Positions 1 to 13,432 of a DNA stretch of 64,000 nt are shown piece by piece. The notes beneath the pieces are model-generated. The model was not told the DNA's origin. It did not search any database and was given only the letters and a program-made list of their open reading frames with translations. Within the stretch, counting starts at the first letter, position 1. Each line of letters starts with the position of its first letter. The stretch is from Flaccisagitta enflata (taxonomy: Eukaryota): the NCBI GenBank assembly GCA_965153355.1, contig OZ231126.1, positions 372,001 to 436,000 of the forward strand. Reading direction: 5' to 3'. The translations under genes were made by a program, and so were the position numbers.

Positions 1-319
1 TTTATAATAAGTAAATTCAAATCTTTTATTGATTTATCATTTTTTTTTTTGTTTTGAAAGGGAGAAATATTAGAATACTAATAAGTGAAATTTCTTTTAT
101 TTAATTATATCAATATTAATATGTGCTTATTTCTTAAAGTTTAAGTTAATCTCTGAAGCAAAACTAGTGGTTCTGATATTTCTATAAATGATTTTTTTTT
201 TCAATCCTTTGTGTTTTTATTTTCATGATTTTTTTTCTCCTTTTTTTCTCTGTTTATTTATCCCCCCCTTTGTTCCTTTTTTTTATTTTTCTTTCACTCC
301 TTTTCTCTTTCTCTTTATC

Positions 320-474
320 TTTTTAGTCGCGTGCACGCGACTCTACAACCCGCTTTGTCGGTCTGTTCGTCCGTTGATCCGTCGGTCCATCGGTCCGTCC
401 GTCGGTCCATCGGTCCGTCCGTCCGTCCGTCCGTCCGTCCGTCCGTTGGTCCGTCCGTCACACTTTACTTTTTT
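320..474 (+). mobile_element. Helentron/HINE (DINE-1-like) family A, 5' part, interrupted by a family B element
   Basis: T-run, palindrome AGTCGCGTGCACGCGACT, then (GTCC/GTCG)n microsatellite. Confidence 0.75.
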
Positions 475-1180
475 GGGCAACGGCCCCTAAGGGGCCGATG
501 ACCTATGCTTTCACATATGCGGAGATTTCTCCTCCTTCTCCTTCTTCTTCTTTGTCCCCCCCCCCTTGAGGCCCAAATCCCGGCCTTGAGGCTCAAATCC
601 CAGCCTCGAGGCTCAAATCCTAGCCTCGAGGCTCAAATCCACGCCTCAAGGCTCAAATCCAAGCCACAAGGCTCAAATCCCAGCCTCAAGGCTCAAATCC
701 TAGCGTGAAGCTCAAATCCCAGCCCTGAAGCTTAAATCCCAGCCTCAAAGCTCAAATCCCAGCCTCAAAGCTCAAATCCCAGCCTCAAAGCTCAAATCTC
801 AGCCTCTAGGCTCCATTCCCAGCCTCAAGGCTCAAATCTCAGCCTAGTCTCGAGACCCAAATCCTAGTCTTTAGGCCTAAATCCTAGTCTTGAGGCCCAA
901 ATCCTAGTCTCGAGGTCCAAATCCTAGTCTCGAGGCCTGAATCCCAGCCTCAAAGCTCAAATCCCAGCATCAAAGCCCAAATCCCAACCATGAAGCTCAA
1001 ATCCCAGCCTCAAAGGTCAAATTCCAGCCTCCAGGCTCAAATCCCAGCCTCCTGGATCAAATCCAAGCCTCCAAGTCCTAATCCCCGCCTTGAGGCTCAA
1101 ATAAAATCAGCATAGGTCATCGGTCCCTACGGGGCCGCTGCCCCACTAACCACCTCACACCCACATACACTCACATGCAA
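475..1180 (+). mobile_element. Family B non-autonomous element (asymmetric IRs, 20-bp GCTCAAATCCCAGCCTCAAG minisatellite core), 3' truncated
   Basis: IR GGGCA.CGGCCCC..AGGGGCCGATGACCTATGCT at 475 with its reverse complement at about 1109-1143; homologous to 49992-50755. Confidence 0.8.
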
Positions 1181-1288
1181 CTAATCTCCGCAAAAATCGG
1201 CCCGGATCGGACTGACTGACCGAGACTCCTTCCTGTATCGTGAACCGATATCCAGTGTGCAACACCGAGACAGATCGGCGAGACAGAA

Positions 1289-1319
<31 letters not shown>

Positions 1320-1442
1320 ATGATCATCGAGACAGACAGCTGATACACAATGGGCATAATCAAGGCTGGGGAAAAGAAAGGAAGAGGTCGAGGAGAGACA
1401 ATGGACTGAAAAAACTGCGATTGAAGAATGGGGGAGGAAAGT

Positions 1443-1519
<77 letters not shown>

Positions 1520-1669
1520 TCGATTCTTTCAATAAGATTTGGGTGGACCATCGCTCAAAGTGGATAACAGTAAAAGAGCAGACAAAAGAGGTTGAATGAC
1601 TGGCTCATGCTTATGCTTTCTTACATTTACAATAAATGTCTTTCATTCATTCATGCCATGGATGGAATA

Positions 1670-2400
1670 TTCATATCTGAAATACCAGTAATGGCGGCTG
1701 TCGCCGTGAGGAAAAAAGTTGTAAGCGTTGTTCACTTTTCACCAAGCTTTTGTTTTCGGTCATTGCAACTTTTTATTTGTTAGATCAAATTAAGAGCAAT
1801 TGTATATAGTGGTTGCACTGAAAATTAGAGAAAAATAGGACTGAGCCAAATAAGCTAGATGAGCTAAAATATTCAAAATCACTCGACTACGCAACCAGCT
1901 ATGCTTACTGAGATGCTTTCTTGTATTTGCATGCTTAAATCAAAACATTTATTTATTCATCGGTTTTGAAATCAGAAAAAAAGAGCAAGCTTAATGAGCT
2001 AAATGAGCTAGAATATTTAAAAACACCCTCACAGATGAGCAGCTCTGCTCACTGACATGCTTTCTTATAATTGCTTGCTTAAACATCTATCAATATATTT
2101 GCTTATTTATTGCATTTGAAATCAGAAGAAAAAAAACTGAGCTAAGTGAGCTAAATGAGCTAAAATGCTCAAAATCAACCTCACATATGAGCAGCTATGC
2201 TCAGTAACATGTTTTTTTGTTTTTGCATGCTTAACCAAACTTAGATACACTGCTTTATTGATCCTACACAAAATCATAAAAAATCGAAAAAAAATTCAAT
2301 TTGAATTTTTCGTAAATAAATCTTTAAAAATTCATAACGCAAAAAATATTTGTCCCAGAGACTTCTGCTTAGCGCCAAATGAAAGAGAATTATCAAATTT
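1670..2400. mobile_element. Dispersed repeat (probable non-autonomous DNA transposon) with an inverted homologue at about 17500-18180
   Basis: TACCAGTAATGGCGGCTGTC.CCGTGAGGAAAAAAGTTGTAAGC and following GAGCTAAATGAGCT blocks match the reverse complement of 17500-18180. Confidence 0.6.
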
Positions 2401-2644
2401 ACTTACCCTATCAATTTCATTTGAGGGACCAATCGCCTTAAGGAGTTCCGAAACTTCCCCATAAGAAAATGAAAACCCTGTTTCTCTCGAATATGTCAAA
2501 AAGTCGAAGATTTACTTCGACTTTTTTTCCCGATTACAACGACACACACAGGCACACGCCTATCACACCTCCATGCACAGACACAGGAACACACAAACAT
2601 ATACATACACGCACGCATCTGCACAGACACACACACCAACGCAC

Positions 2645-3233
2645 GGTCTACATTTACAAGAGGACCACACATAGAAAAGTAGGGTCAGGGGTTGGTTTGG
2701 GTTACTTGAGGTTGAGGAAGGGGTTAGGGGTAGAAGGGGGACTTAGAGAAGGGGTAGGTTTAGGTTAGGGGTAGGTTTGGGTTTAGGGGTAGGGTTGGGT
2801 TTAGGGGCAGGGTTGGGTTTAGGGGTAGGGTTGGGTTAAGGGGTAGGAGGATAGGGGTAGGGTTATACATTTAGGGTTAGGGGTTGATTGGGGTAGTTCA
2901 GGGGTAGGGGGGGTTTAGGAGTGGAGGTGGAGTTAGGGGTAGGGATGGGTTTAGGGGTAGGGTTGGGTTTAGGGTTAGAGGTAGGGTTGGGTTTAGGGTT
3001 AGGGGTGGGGAGTGTAGGGGTAGGGTTACAGATTTTGGGTTAGAGGTTGGTTGGGGGTACTTTAGAGGTAGGGGGGTTTAAAGGCAGGGGGTTAAGGGTA
3101 GGGGAAGGTGGGTTGTTAGGGGGAGGGTAGGGTTTAGTGTTAGGGGAAGGTGGGGAGTTAGGTTTAGGGGTAGGGGGGTAGGGGTAGGGATACAGACGCT
3201 GGAAAAAGTGTGGTCCTCTTGTAAATGTTTGCC
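2645..3233. mobile_element. MITE with GG termini, 8-bp TSD and telomere-like G-rich core (Merlin-like)
   Basis: TIR GG...ACATTTACAAGAGGACCACAC at both ends; TSD CAACGCAC at 2637-2644 and 3234-3241; core of TTAGGG/GTAGGG variants. Confidence 0.75.
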
Positions 3234-3248
3234 CAACGCACTAATAGG

Positions 3249-3375
<127 letters not shown>

Positions 3376-4196
3376 AGCCTAGGCCGGTGGTGCGGACTGG
3401 GGTGCCTTTTGTTCTATGTGGTTTTGGCGTGGTGAATTCACGTGAATGAGAGGCGGCGGTGATGGCAGTTTTGGCTTGCCTTTTATTTTTTGAATTATCC
3501 TATCCATGTCCAAACTGATCTCGACCTACTTAATTCCATGATACGATCCAGTCCGTGGTGATAATCTGGCCCATGAATTTATACTAGTCTAGGATGTTAA
3601 TCAAGTCATTTCAATCTAGTCAACATACACGACGGTCTCGTCTATCTATTTACATCCGTATTGATCTCAAAGTGATGGGCAATCTTTAATTAGTATATGA
3701 TGTGTTCACCAACAGACACGACTACTTATATTCACTTGGCCCCTTGCAATGTGAACTAGTATTATACCTCTCCGAACACACATGGGAAACGCTCACGGGC
3801 TATTAGTATTGCTAGAGTGATTGAAAATGGAGACTGACAAATATTCTGAAAAGGCCGTCAATATTTTAATCCAACGAACCCCGTCAACGCAAGCGCCTCT
3901 TGTTAGTAGATTATAGAACAAATTCGGTGATTTCAATTAAAACATATTCATGCTGACTTACATACTAATCATGTTCCGTTCTCTTCTTCTTTTCATATTT
4001 GAACGAATCTATAAAGCAAATTCAATACAATTGGAACATGAACTCTGAAGAAAAAAAAAACATATGAACAGTCAGTGGACAAAACAAAATAGGTAGAGAG
4101 CTCACTCTGTTTGCTTTGATCTAACCTACTGTTATCAAACAGCAGGCTGTAAACAACAACTGGTTGTAAAAATTACAGCCAGCTGTCATACTGCAA

Positions 4197-4468
4197 AGTC
4201 GGCAAAAATCCAACTTTTACCAAATAGAATGAAACCTGCAAATTCATAATCGTGGTGAAATTCTGAGGAGTTTTATATGTCACTACACATACTTTTACAT
4301 GAAAATAAAAAAAAAATTTATCAATGTTTAATTAAGTTATAATGCAATTTTAAAAGATTATTTCTTACAAAAAATGTTAAGTGTGACATGTCAAACTTCT
4401 CAGAATTTCATCAGGATTATGAATATGCTAGTCACGTTCTAATTTACTTAAGTTGGATTTTTGCCGAC
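4197..4468. repeat. Imperfect inverted repeat, probably MITE-internal
   Basis: GTCGGCAAAAATCCAACTT...TGAAATTCTGAG is mirrored by CTCAGAATTTCA...AAGTTGGATTTTTGCCGAC. Confidence 0.65.
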
Positions 4469-4804
4469 ATGACAACTATCCTTAGTAATGAAAAACAACC
4501 AAGTCTATCTTAACATTATCATGAAATTGTTCAAAAAAACAATCCAACCAAACAAAAAAAATCAATAATCTTAACCTGTTTGCTACAAGAGCCAATTTTG
4601 ACACAAAAAAAGTCAAGCAAAAGTTCCACCACTGTCAGATGATACATTTTGGGATGCTTGATACTTTTTGCCATTTGAGATGAATGACCCTGTATATAAC
4701 CGTCATCATCATCATCATCATTTTCACGTGATGCATTTTTGCTTGATTTCTAGATCTTGTCCGAGCTTTCTCACGAGAAACAACCAACGAACAAATGCTC
4801 GAGG

Positions 4805-4870
4805 ATGAGTGGGACTGCGGCCTTCTTTTTCGCGATTTGCGTTCTTTGTTGGAGTGACGTCAGTTCTGAG
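4805..4870 (+). CDS. Putative first coding exon, signal peptide MSGTAAFFFAICVLCWSDVSSE, of an ankyrin-repeat protein
   Basis: ATG at 4805 inside an exon with acceptor tttctag at 4753; donor GAG|gtttgg phase 0 matches the exon at 6531. Confidence 0.6.
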
Positions 4871-4918
4871 GTTTGGAAGCATTTACAAGATCGGCCCATG
4901 ATTCTTCATTGGGAATAA

Positions 4919-6480
4919 ATTCTCCTTTATTTTGCATGTCTGTCTCTTTCTCTCATTCTCCTTTATTTTGCATGTCTCTCTCTTTCTCTATTCTCCTTTT
5001 TTTTGCTTGTCTCCCGCTTTCTCTCATTCTCCTTTATTTTGCTTGTCTCTCTCTTTCTCCCATTCTCCTTTTGTTTTGCTTGTCTCTCTCTTTCTCTGAT
5101 TCTCCTTTATTTTGCATGTCTCTCTCTTTCTCTCATTCTCCTTTATTTTGCATTTCTCTCTCTCTTTCTCTGATTCTCCTTTATTTTGCATGTCTCTCTC
5201 TTTCTCTCATTCTCCTTTATTTTGCATTTCTCTCTCTCTTTCTCTGATTCTCCTTTATTTTGCATGTCTCTCTCTTTCTCTGATTCTCCTTTATTTTGCA
5301 TATCTCTCTCTCTTTCTCTGATTCTCCTTTATTTTGCATGTCTCTCTCTTTCTCTGATTCTCCTTTATTTTGCATGTCTCTCTCTTTCTCTGATTCTCCT
5401 TTATTTTGCATGTCTCTCTCTTTCTATGATTCTCCTTTATTTTGCATGTCTCTCGCTTTGTCTCATTCTCCTTTATTTTACTTGTCTCTCTCTTTCTATG
5501 ATTCTCCTTTATTTTTCATGTCTCTCTCTTTCTCTCATTCTCCTTTATTTTGCTTGTCTCTATCTTTCTCTCATTCTCCTTTATTTTGCATATGTCTCTC
5601 TCTTTCTCTGATTCTCCTTTATTTTGCATGTCTCTCTCTTTCTCTCATTCTCCTTTATTTTGCATGTCTCTCTCTTTTTCTCATTCTCCTTTATTTTGCA
5701 TGTCTCTCTCTTTCTCTCATTCTCCTTTATTTTGCATGTCTCTCTCTTTTTCTGATTCTCCTTTATTTTGCATGTCTCTCTCTTTCTCTCATTCTCCTTT
5801 ATTTTGCATGTCTCTCTCTTTCTCTCATTCTCCTTTATTTTACTTGTCTCTCTCTTTCTATGATTCTCCTTTATTTTTCATGTCTCTCTCTTTCTCTGAT
5901 TCTCCTTTATTTTGCATGTCTCTCTCTTTCTCTCATTCTCCTTTATTTTGCATTTCTCTCTATCTTTCTCTCATTCTCCTTTATTTTGCATATGTCTCTC
6001 TCTTTCTCTGATTCTCCTTTATTTTGCATGTCTCTCTCTTTCTCTATTCTCCTTTTTTTTGCTTGTCTCTCTCTTTCTCTCATTCTCCTTTATTTTGCAT
6101 GTCTCTCTCTTTCTCTCATTCTCCTTTTTTTTTGCTTGTCTCTCTCTTTCTCTGATTCTCCTTTATTTTGCATGTCTCTCGCTTTGTCTCATTTAACTTT
6201 ATTTCCTTTCTATCATGCTCTCATTTTCTTTCATTTTCTATGTTCTCCTTTTTTTTTTTTTTTTGCTTGTCTCTCTCTTTATCTCATCCTTCTTTATTTC
6301 CGATGTCTCTATTTTTGTCTCATTCTCCTTTATTTTCTTTGTTTTTATCTTTCTCTCATTCTCCTTTATTTTGCATGTCTCTCTCTTTGTCTCATTCCTC
6401 TTTATTTTCTTTGTTTCTATCTTCCTCTCATTCTCCTTTATTGTGCATGTCGCTCTCTTTGTCTCATTCCCGTTTATGTC
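4919..6480. repeat. About 36-bp pyrimidine-rich minisatellite filling the ankyrin-gene intron
   Basis: Unit ATTCTCCTTTATTTTGCATGTCTCTCTCTTTCTCTC/G, roughly 40 copies, degenerate at both edges. Confidence 0.95.
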
Positions 6481-6530
6481 TCTGTCCTTGACCTCTTTTT
6501 CAGCTTGTTTTGCATATCTTTTTTCCTCAG

Positions 6531-6779
6531 ACACTCAACGAGGAGCAACTCGACGATTTGATGGACAAATGCTATAAAGGCCTAGTGGAAGAAGTGGAGG
6601 ATTTCATCCAACGATTCGGCGCCAAAACCGTCCTCGACGCGCGGAGTCAGTATGGCAACAGTTGTCTTTTCAGTTCTTGCTCAGGAGAGACAAATGACGC
6701 GAATGTCACGTGGCTTCTTCTGCAAAACGGCGCAGATCCTAACGAGAAGAAGACTGGTGGTTCGGACTTCATAGACATC
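6531..6779 (+). CDS. Ankyrin-repeat protein exon (partial gene)
   Basis: Strong acceptor ttttcctcag; GC-richer open frame with YGNSCLFSSC...VTWLLLQNGADPN ankyrin pattern; candidate donor ATC|gtatgt at 6780; downstream exons not found. Confidence 0.7.
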
Positions 6780-6807
6780 GTATGTATGGTGGCGTGATAC
6801 TAAGGCG

Positions 6808-9800
6808 AAACAACACGAGATTGAAGTCTTAAAACCCTGATTTTCATGGGAACTATCAGCAGTACCTGAATCTGCATTACCTTATCAACATAAGAATGGA
6901 GCTATAAAAACCTGAATACAAGTTGAGGAACTATCAGCAGTACCCCCTTCAATCTGGCAGTACCCACTCCAAACTTTAGATTGAAGGCTTGAAAAAACTG
7001 ATTAAAAAGTTGGGAAACTATCTCAGCAGTACCCCCTTCAATCTGGCAGTCTCCTTCAAACCACGAGATAAAAACTAGGCTTGAAAAACTGAATAAAAGT
7101 TGGGGAACTATCCCCTTTGGTACGTTTTGTGTAGTGCCCCCTTCAATCTGGCAGTACCCCTTCAAATTGCAGTTGAAGTCTTAAAACAGTTACAAAGCTG
7201 AGGGGAACTATCCCAGCAGTACCCCTTGAATCTGGCAGTACCCCTTATCAACATATGAGTGGAGCTAGCAAGACCTGAGTACAAAGTTGGGGAACTATAT
7301 CAGCAGTACCCCCTTCAATCTGGCAGTACCCCTTATCAACATAAGAGGGGAGCTATAAAGACCTGAATACAAAGTTGAGGAACTATCCCAGTAGTTTCCC
7401 CTTCAATCTGGCAGTACCCCTTATCAACATAAAATTGGAGCTACGAAAACCTGAATACAAAGTTGAGGAACTACCTAGCAGTACCCCCTTCAATCTGGCA
7501 GTACGCTTAAACACGGATTGAAGGCAGAAAAACGAATAAAGTTGAAGGGACAATCCCAGCAGTACCCCCTTCAATCTGGCAGTACCCCCCCAAACAGAAC
7601 CACGAGATTTAAGTCTTAAAACTATAGGATTCCAAAGCTAGGGATCTATCCCAGCAGTGCCCCCTTGAATCTGGCAGTACCCCTTATCAACATAAGAATG
7701 GAGCTATAAAAACCTGAATACAAAGTTGGGGAACTATCCCAGCAGTACCCCCTTCAATCTGGCAGTACCCCCTCCAAACTTTAGATTGAAGGCTTGAAAA
7801 ACTGATTAAAAAGTTGGGGAACTATCTCAGCAGTACCCCCTTCAATCTGGCAGTACCCCCTTCAAACACGAGATTGAAGGTATGAAAAACTGATTGAAAA
7901 AGCTGGGAACTATCCCAGCAGTACCCCCTTCAATCTTTCAGTAACCTAATCAACATAAGAAGAGAGCTATAAAAACCGGAATACAAAGTTGAGAACTATC
8001 CCAGCAGTACCCCCTTCCATCTGGCAGTACCCCCTTCAAACACGAGATTGAAAGCTTGAAAAACTGAATAAAAAGTTGGGGAACTATCCCAGCAGTACCC
8101 CCTTCAATCTGGCAGTACCCCCTTCAAACAGGAGATTGAAGTCTTAAAAAACTGATTACAAAGCTGGGGAACTATCCCAGCAGTACCCCCTTGAATCTGG
8201 CAGTACCCCTTATCAACATAAGAATGGAGCTATAAAAACCTGAATACAAAGTTGGGGAACTATCCCAGCAGTACCCCCTTCAATCTGGCAGTACCCCCTT
8301 CAAACACGAGATTGAAGTCTTGAAAAACGATTAAAAAGCTGGGGAGCTATCCCAGCAGTACCCCCTCCCAATCTGTAGTACACTTTCAGCATAGAGTGGA
8401 GCAATAAAACTATGACCAAAGTGGGGGAACTATCCCAGCAGTACCCTCTTCAATCTGGCAGTACCCCCTTCAAATGTAAGAGTTTAGGCACATAAAGCTG
8501 ATTAATATGTTGGGGAACTATCCCAGCAGTACCCCCTTCAATCTGGCAGTACCCCCTTAAAACATTTGCTTGAAGGTATGAAAACCTGATTACAAATTTG
8601 GGGAACTATCCTAGCAGTACCCCCTTCAATCTGGCAGTACCCCCTTCAAACACGAGATTGAAGTCTTGAAAAACTGATTAAAAAGCTGGGGAACTATCCC
8701 AGCAGTACCCCCTTCAATCTGGCAGTACCCCTTATCAACATAAGAAGAGAGCTATAAAAACCTGAATACAAAGTTGGGGAACTATCCCAGCAGTACCCCC
8801 TTCAATCTGGCAGTACCCCCTTCAAACTTTAGATTGAAGGCTTGAAAAACTGAATAAAAAGTTGGGGAACTATCCCAGCAGTACCCCCTTCAATCTGGCA
8901 GTACCCCCTTCAAACAGGAGATTGAAGTCTTAAAAAACTGATTACAAAGCTGGGGAACTATCCCAGCAGTACCCCCTTGAATCTGGCAGTACCCCTTATC
9001 AACATAAGAATGGAGCTATAAAAACCTGAATACAAAGTTGGGGACCTATCTCAGCAGTACCCCCTTCAATCTGGCAGTACCCCCTTCAAACACGAGATTG
9101 AAGTCTTGAAAAACTGATTAAAAAGCTGGGGAACTATCCCAGCAGTACCCCCTTCAATCTGGCAGTACCCCTTTTCAACATAAGAGTGGGCTATAAAACC
9201 TTATTACAAAGTTGGGGAACTATCTGGTACCCTCTTCAATCTGGCAGTACCCCCTTCAAATGTAAGAGTTTAGGCACATAAAGCTGATTAATATGTTGGG
9301 GAACTATCCCAGCAGTACCCCCTTCAATCTGGCAGTACCCCCTTAAAACATTTGCTTGAAGGTATGAAAACCTGATTACAAATTTGGGGAACTATCCTAG
9401 CAGTACCCCCTTCAATCTGGCAGTACCCCCTTCTAATGTAAGAGTTGAGGCATATAAAGCTGGTTAATATGTTGGGGAACTATCCCAGCAGTACCCCCTT
9501 GAATCTGGCAGTACCCCTTATCAACATAAGAAGAGAGCTATAAAAACCTGAATACAAAGTTGGGGAACTATCCCAGCAGTACCCCCTTCAATCTGGCAGT
9601 ACCCCCTCCAAACTTTAGATTGAAGGCTTAAAATACTGATTAAAAAGTTGGGGAACTATCCCAGCAGTACCCCCTTCAATCTGGCAGTACCCTTATCAAC
9701 ATAAGAGTGGAGCTATAAAAACTGATTACAAAGTTGGGGAACTATCTACTTAATTTACCCCCTTCAATCTAGCAGTACCCCCTTCAAACATAAGATTAAA

Positions 9801-12075
9801 AGGCAAGAAAAACTGAATAAAAAAGTTGGGAACTATCCCAGCAGTACCCTCTTTAATCTGGCAGTTCCCCCTTCAAACCTAAGAGACAAGTCTCATAAAA
9901 ATGATTAATATGCTGGGGAACTATCCTTGCACTACCCCCATGAATCTGGCAGTACCCCTTATCAACATATAAGAGAATGGAGCTATAAACCTGAATAGAA
10001 GTATGAGACTATCCCAGCAATACCCCCTTCAATCTGGCAGTACCCTCCAAACTTTAGATTGAGGCTTGAAAAACTGATTAAAAAAGTTGGGGAACAGTAT
10101 CCCAGCAGTACCCCCTTCTTAATGCAGCAGTACCCTATCAAGCTTAGATTGAAGGCTAGAAAACTGATTAAAAGTTAGGAAACTATCTCAGCATTACCCC
10201 CTTCAATCTGGCAGTACCCCTTCAAACACGAGATTGAAGTCTTGAAAAGGCAGTTAAAAAGCTGAGAACTATCAGCAGTACCCCAATCTGGCAGTACCCT
10301 TATCACTTATAAGGTGGGCCCTATAAACATGATTACAAGTTGAGAACTATCCCAGCAGTATACTTGTCTAATCTGGCAGTACCTTCAAATATAAGAGTTT
10401 AGGCACATAAAAATGATTAATATGTTGGGGAACTATATCAGCAGTACCCCCTTCAATCTGGCAGTACCACTCTTATGTTGATAAACATTTGCTTGAAGGT
10501 ATGAAAACCTGATTACAAATTTGGGGAACTATCCTAGCAGTACCCCTTTCAATCTGGCAGTACCCCCTTCTAATGTAAGAGTTGAGGCATAAAGCTGGTT
10601 AATATGTTGAGGTGTATCAGCAGTACCCCCTTGAATCTGGCAGTACCCTTATCAACATAAGAATGGAGCTATAAAAACCTGAATACAAAGTTGGGGAACT
10701 ATCCCAGCAGTACCCCCTTCAATCTGGCAGTACCCCCTCCAAACTTTAGATTGAAGGCTTAAAATACTGATTAAAAAGTTGAGGGAACTATCAGCATTTA
10801 CCCCTTCAATCTGGCAGTACCCTTATCAACATAAGAATGGAGCTATAAAGCCTAGATACAAAGTTGGGAACTATCCCAGCCAGTACCCCTTCAATCTGTA
10901 GTACCCCCTTTAAACTTAGATTGAAGGCTTTAGAAACTGATTAAAAAGTTGGGAACTATCCCAGTACCCCTTGAATCTGGCAGTACCTCAAACTTTAGAT
11001 TGAAGGCTTGAAAAACTGATTAAAAAGTTGGGGAACTATCCCAGCAGTACCCCCTTCAATCTGGCAGTACCCCATCCAAACTTAGATTGAAGGCTTGAAA
11101 AACTGATTAAAAAGTTGGGAAACTATCTCAGCAATGCCTTCATTCTGTGGCAGCACCCCCTTCAAACACCAGACTGAAGGCTTGAATAACTGATTAAAAG
11201 TTGAGAACCTATCCCCGCAGTACCCCCTTCAATCTGTCAGTACCCCTTAAAATCATTTGATTGGAGGTAAAAAGGTATACAAACCTGTATCTACAAAGTT
11301 GAGAACAATCCCTGTAGCAAAGTACCCCCTTCAATCTGGCAGTACCCCCTTAAGTCATAAGATTGAAGATATCAAAAAACCTGATTATAAAATCAGTATA
11401 CGTTTCTGTATCCCTTCAAATCTGGCAGTACCCCCTTCAAATGTAAGAGTTTAGGCATATAAAGCATATAAATATGTTGGGCAACTATCCCAGCATTTTC
11501 CCCTTCAATCTGGCAGTACCCCCTTAAAACCTTTGCTTGAAGGTATGAAAACCTGATTACAAATTTGGGAACTATCCTACTTGCATTACCCCCTTCAATC
11601 TGGCAGTACCTCTTTCTAAAGTAGCAGAGTTTAGGCATATAAAGCTGGTTAATATGTTGGGGAACTATCCCAGCAGTACCCCCTTCCATCCGGCAGTACC
11701 CCCTTGAAACATTAGAGTGGAGTTAAATAAATATGACAAGAATGTTGGGGATCCATTCCAGCAGTACCCCGTTCAATCTGGCAGTACCCCCTTAAAATAT
11801 TATATGGAAGGTATAGAATCCTGTTTACAAAGTTGGGGAACAATCCCGGCAGTACCCCCTTCAATCTGGCAGTACCCCCTTAAGTCATGTGATTGAAGAT
11901 ATCAAAACCTGATTATAAAATCAGGTATCGTTTCCAGCAGTACCCCCTTCAATCTGGCAGTACCCCTTTTCATCGTAAGAGTTTAGCTATAAAAAGCTGA
12001 TTGTAATGTTGGGGAACTATCCCAGCAGTACCCTTTATCTGGCAACGAGTACCCCCTTAAGTCATTAGATTGAAG
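6808..12075. repeat. About 88-bp satellite with a conserved half and a variable half, showing higher-order structure
   Basis: Core GGGGAACTATCCCAGCAGTACCCCCTTCAATCTGGCAGTACCCC about every 88 bp, roughly 60 units; variable halves fall into a few related types. Confidence 0.95.
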
Positions 12076-13399
12076 CACGGCAGGCATATTCCTATGTTTT
12101 TCACGAAATGGGATCAAATTTACGTTTTTCCGACCGAAGTCGACTTAGCCAGTGATTCTTTTCTCCCGCTTATGTTTGTTTTCATGTTGCCATGGTAACA
12201 CAACGCAACATCTAGTTGTAGAGCACGGCGTTACATTGTGTATAGTGTAACTATTGCAGTGCTTCCTATGTGACAGCGCACCACCCATGAAGCTAGAATA
12301 GATAACAGAAACATTTTCTAAGTGCGTCCACGCACTTTCGTTTATAAGAGGTCATGTCTGTTGGTCAGCCAGTTGGTTGGTTCATTGGTCAGTCACACAT
12401 ACTTTTGAAATATGCAAATGGCTGATTCTGACGTCTTTCTTTATTCCTTTCTTTCTTTATTCCTTTCATCTCATGCCATACCACATTCATTTTTGTTCTG
12501 TTATTCATTCATTTATACATTAATTCATATATTCATTCATTCATTCATTCATTCATTCATACATTCATTCATTCACAAATTCTTAATTAAGCGAGGCGCA
12601 CTTAGTGGCCATAACTTGGCCTTGTTATGCAACTCTTTAAGAGGCTGTAGGCTGTAGGAAGGTTGGTAACACGAAATTCTGGATGATGCGATATTGGCTG
12701 AAATGCTGATATAAGAGCGTTACGACCTCATTTCATAGAAGTACGGTAAAACAACCCTATTCGGGCTCGCTCTTTTCCTGTCGGGCCTGCTCAGAATTTT
12801 GGGAGGCGTGCCCGGCGTGGGCGTGCCCGGCGTGCAGGCTCAGAAGAAATACTAATTTCAGGCCTGTCAGTTGAACCCTCTCTCACTTTCTTCATTCTAA
12901 ACTTAGTTTGAAAATTAAGATAGAAACATCTAAAATTCTAATAACATTGTGATAATGATATCAATTCATTTGAAGCAATACAAAGTGAGGGAACAACGTT
13001 TCTTGCAATCCATATGAGTCTTGAGGTCCAATCGATAAATTCTCCATAATTTTGTTGGATCTGGGGATAAGAGAATGAACATTTGCAAGATGAGCAAGGG
13101 ATGCAGGGTCGGGTGAGTGCACAGTGCTGCGAATCTGTTTTTTTCGACGCATGAAGCTATGTGAGTGAGTTCATCTTCCAAAGAGAGCAAAAAAGATAAT
13201 ATGCTCAACCTAGCAACAAACCTAGCGTTACTGACGATGATGGTAAGCTTAACAACGACAACAACGACAATGACGGCGACGACGACGACGACGACGACGA
13301 TGATGACGACAATAACGACAGAAATATAAAAATGATTGTTCAAGAAAGAATGAAGACAAAGAAGAAAAAGAGCAACAACAACAACAATCACAACATCAA

Positions 13400-13432
<33 letters not shown>

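Noticed and set aside
2680-3190. True telomere or chromosome fusion site
   Set aside because: Highly degenerate, one orientation only, and enclosed by TIRs and a TSD.
4873-6561. Long ORFs (up to 421 aa) such as 5296-6561
   Set aside because: Stop-free translations of the 36-bp pyrimidine minisatellite.
6808-12075. CRISPR array
   Set aside because: The spacers are homologous to each other and recur, there are no cas genes, and the context is eukaryotic; it is a satellite.
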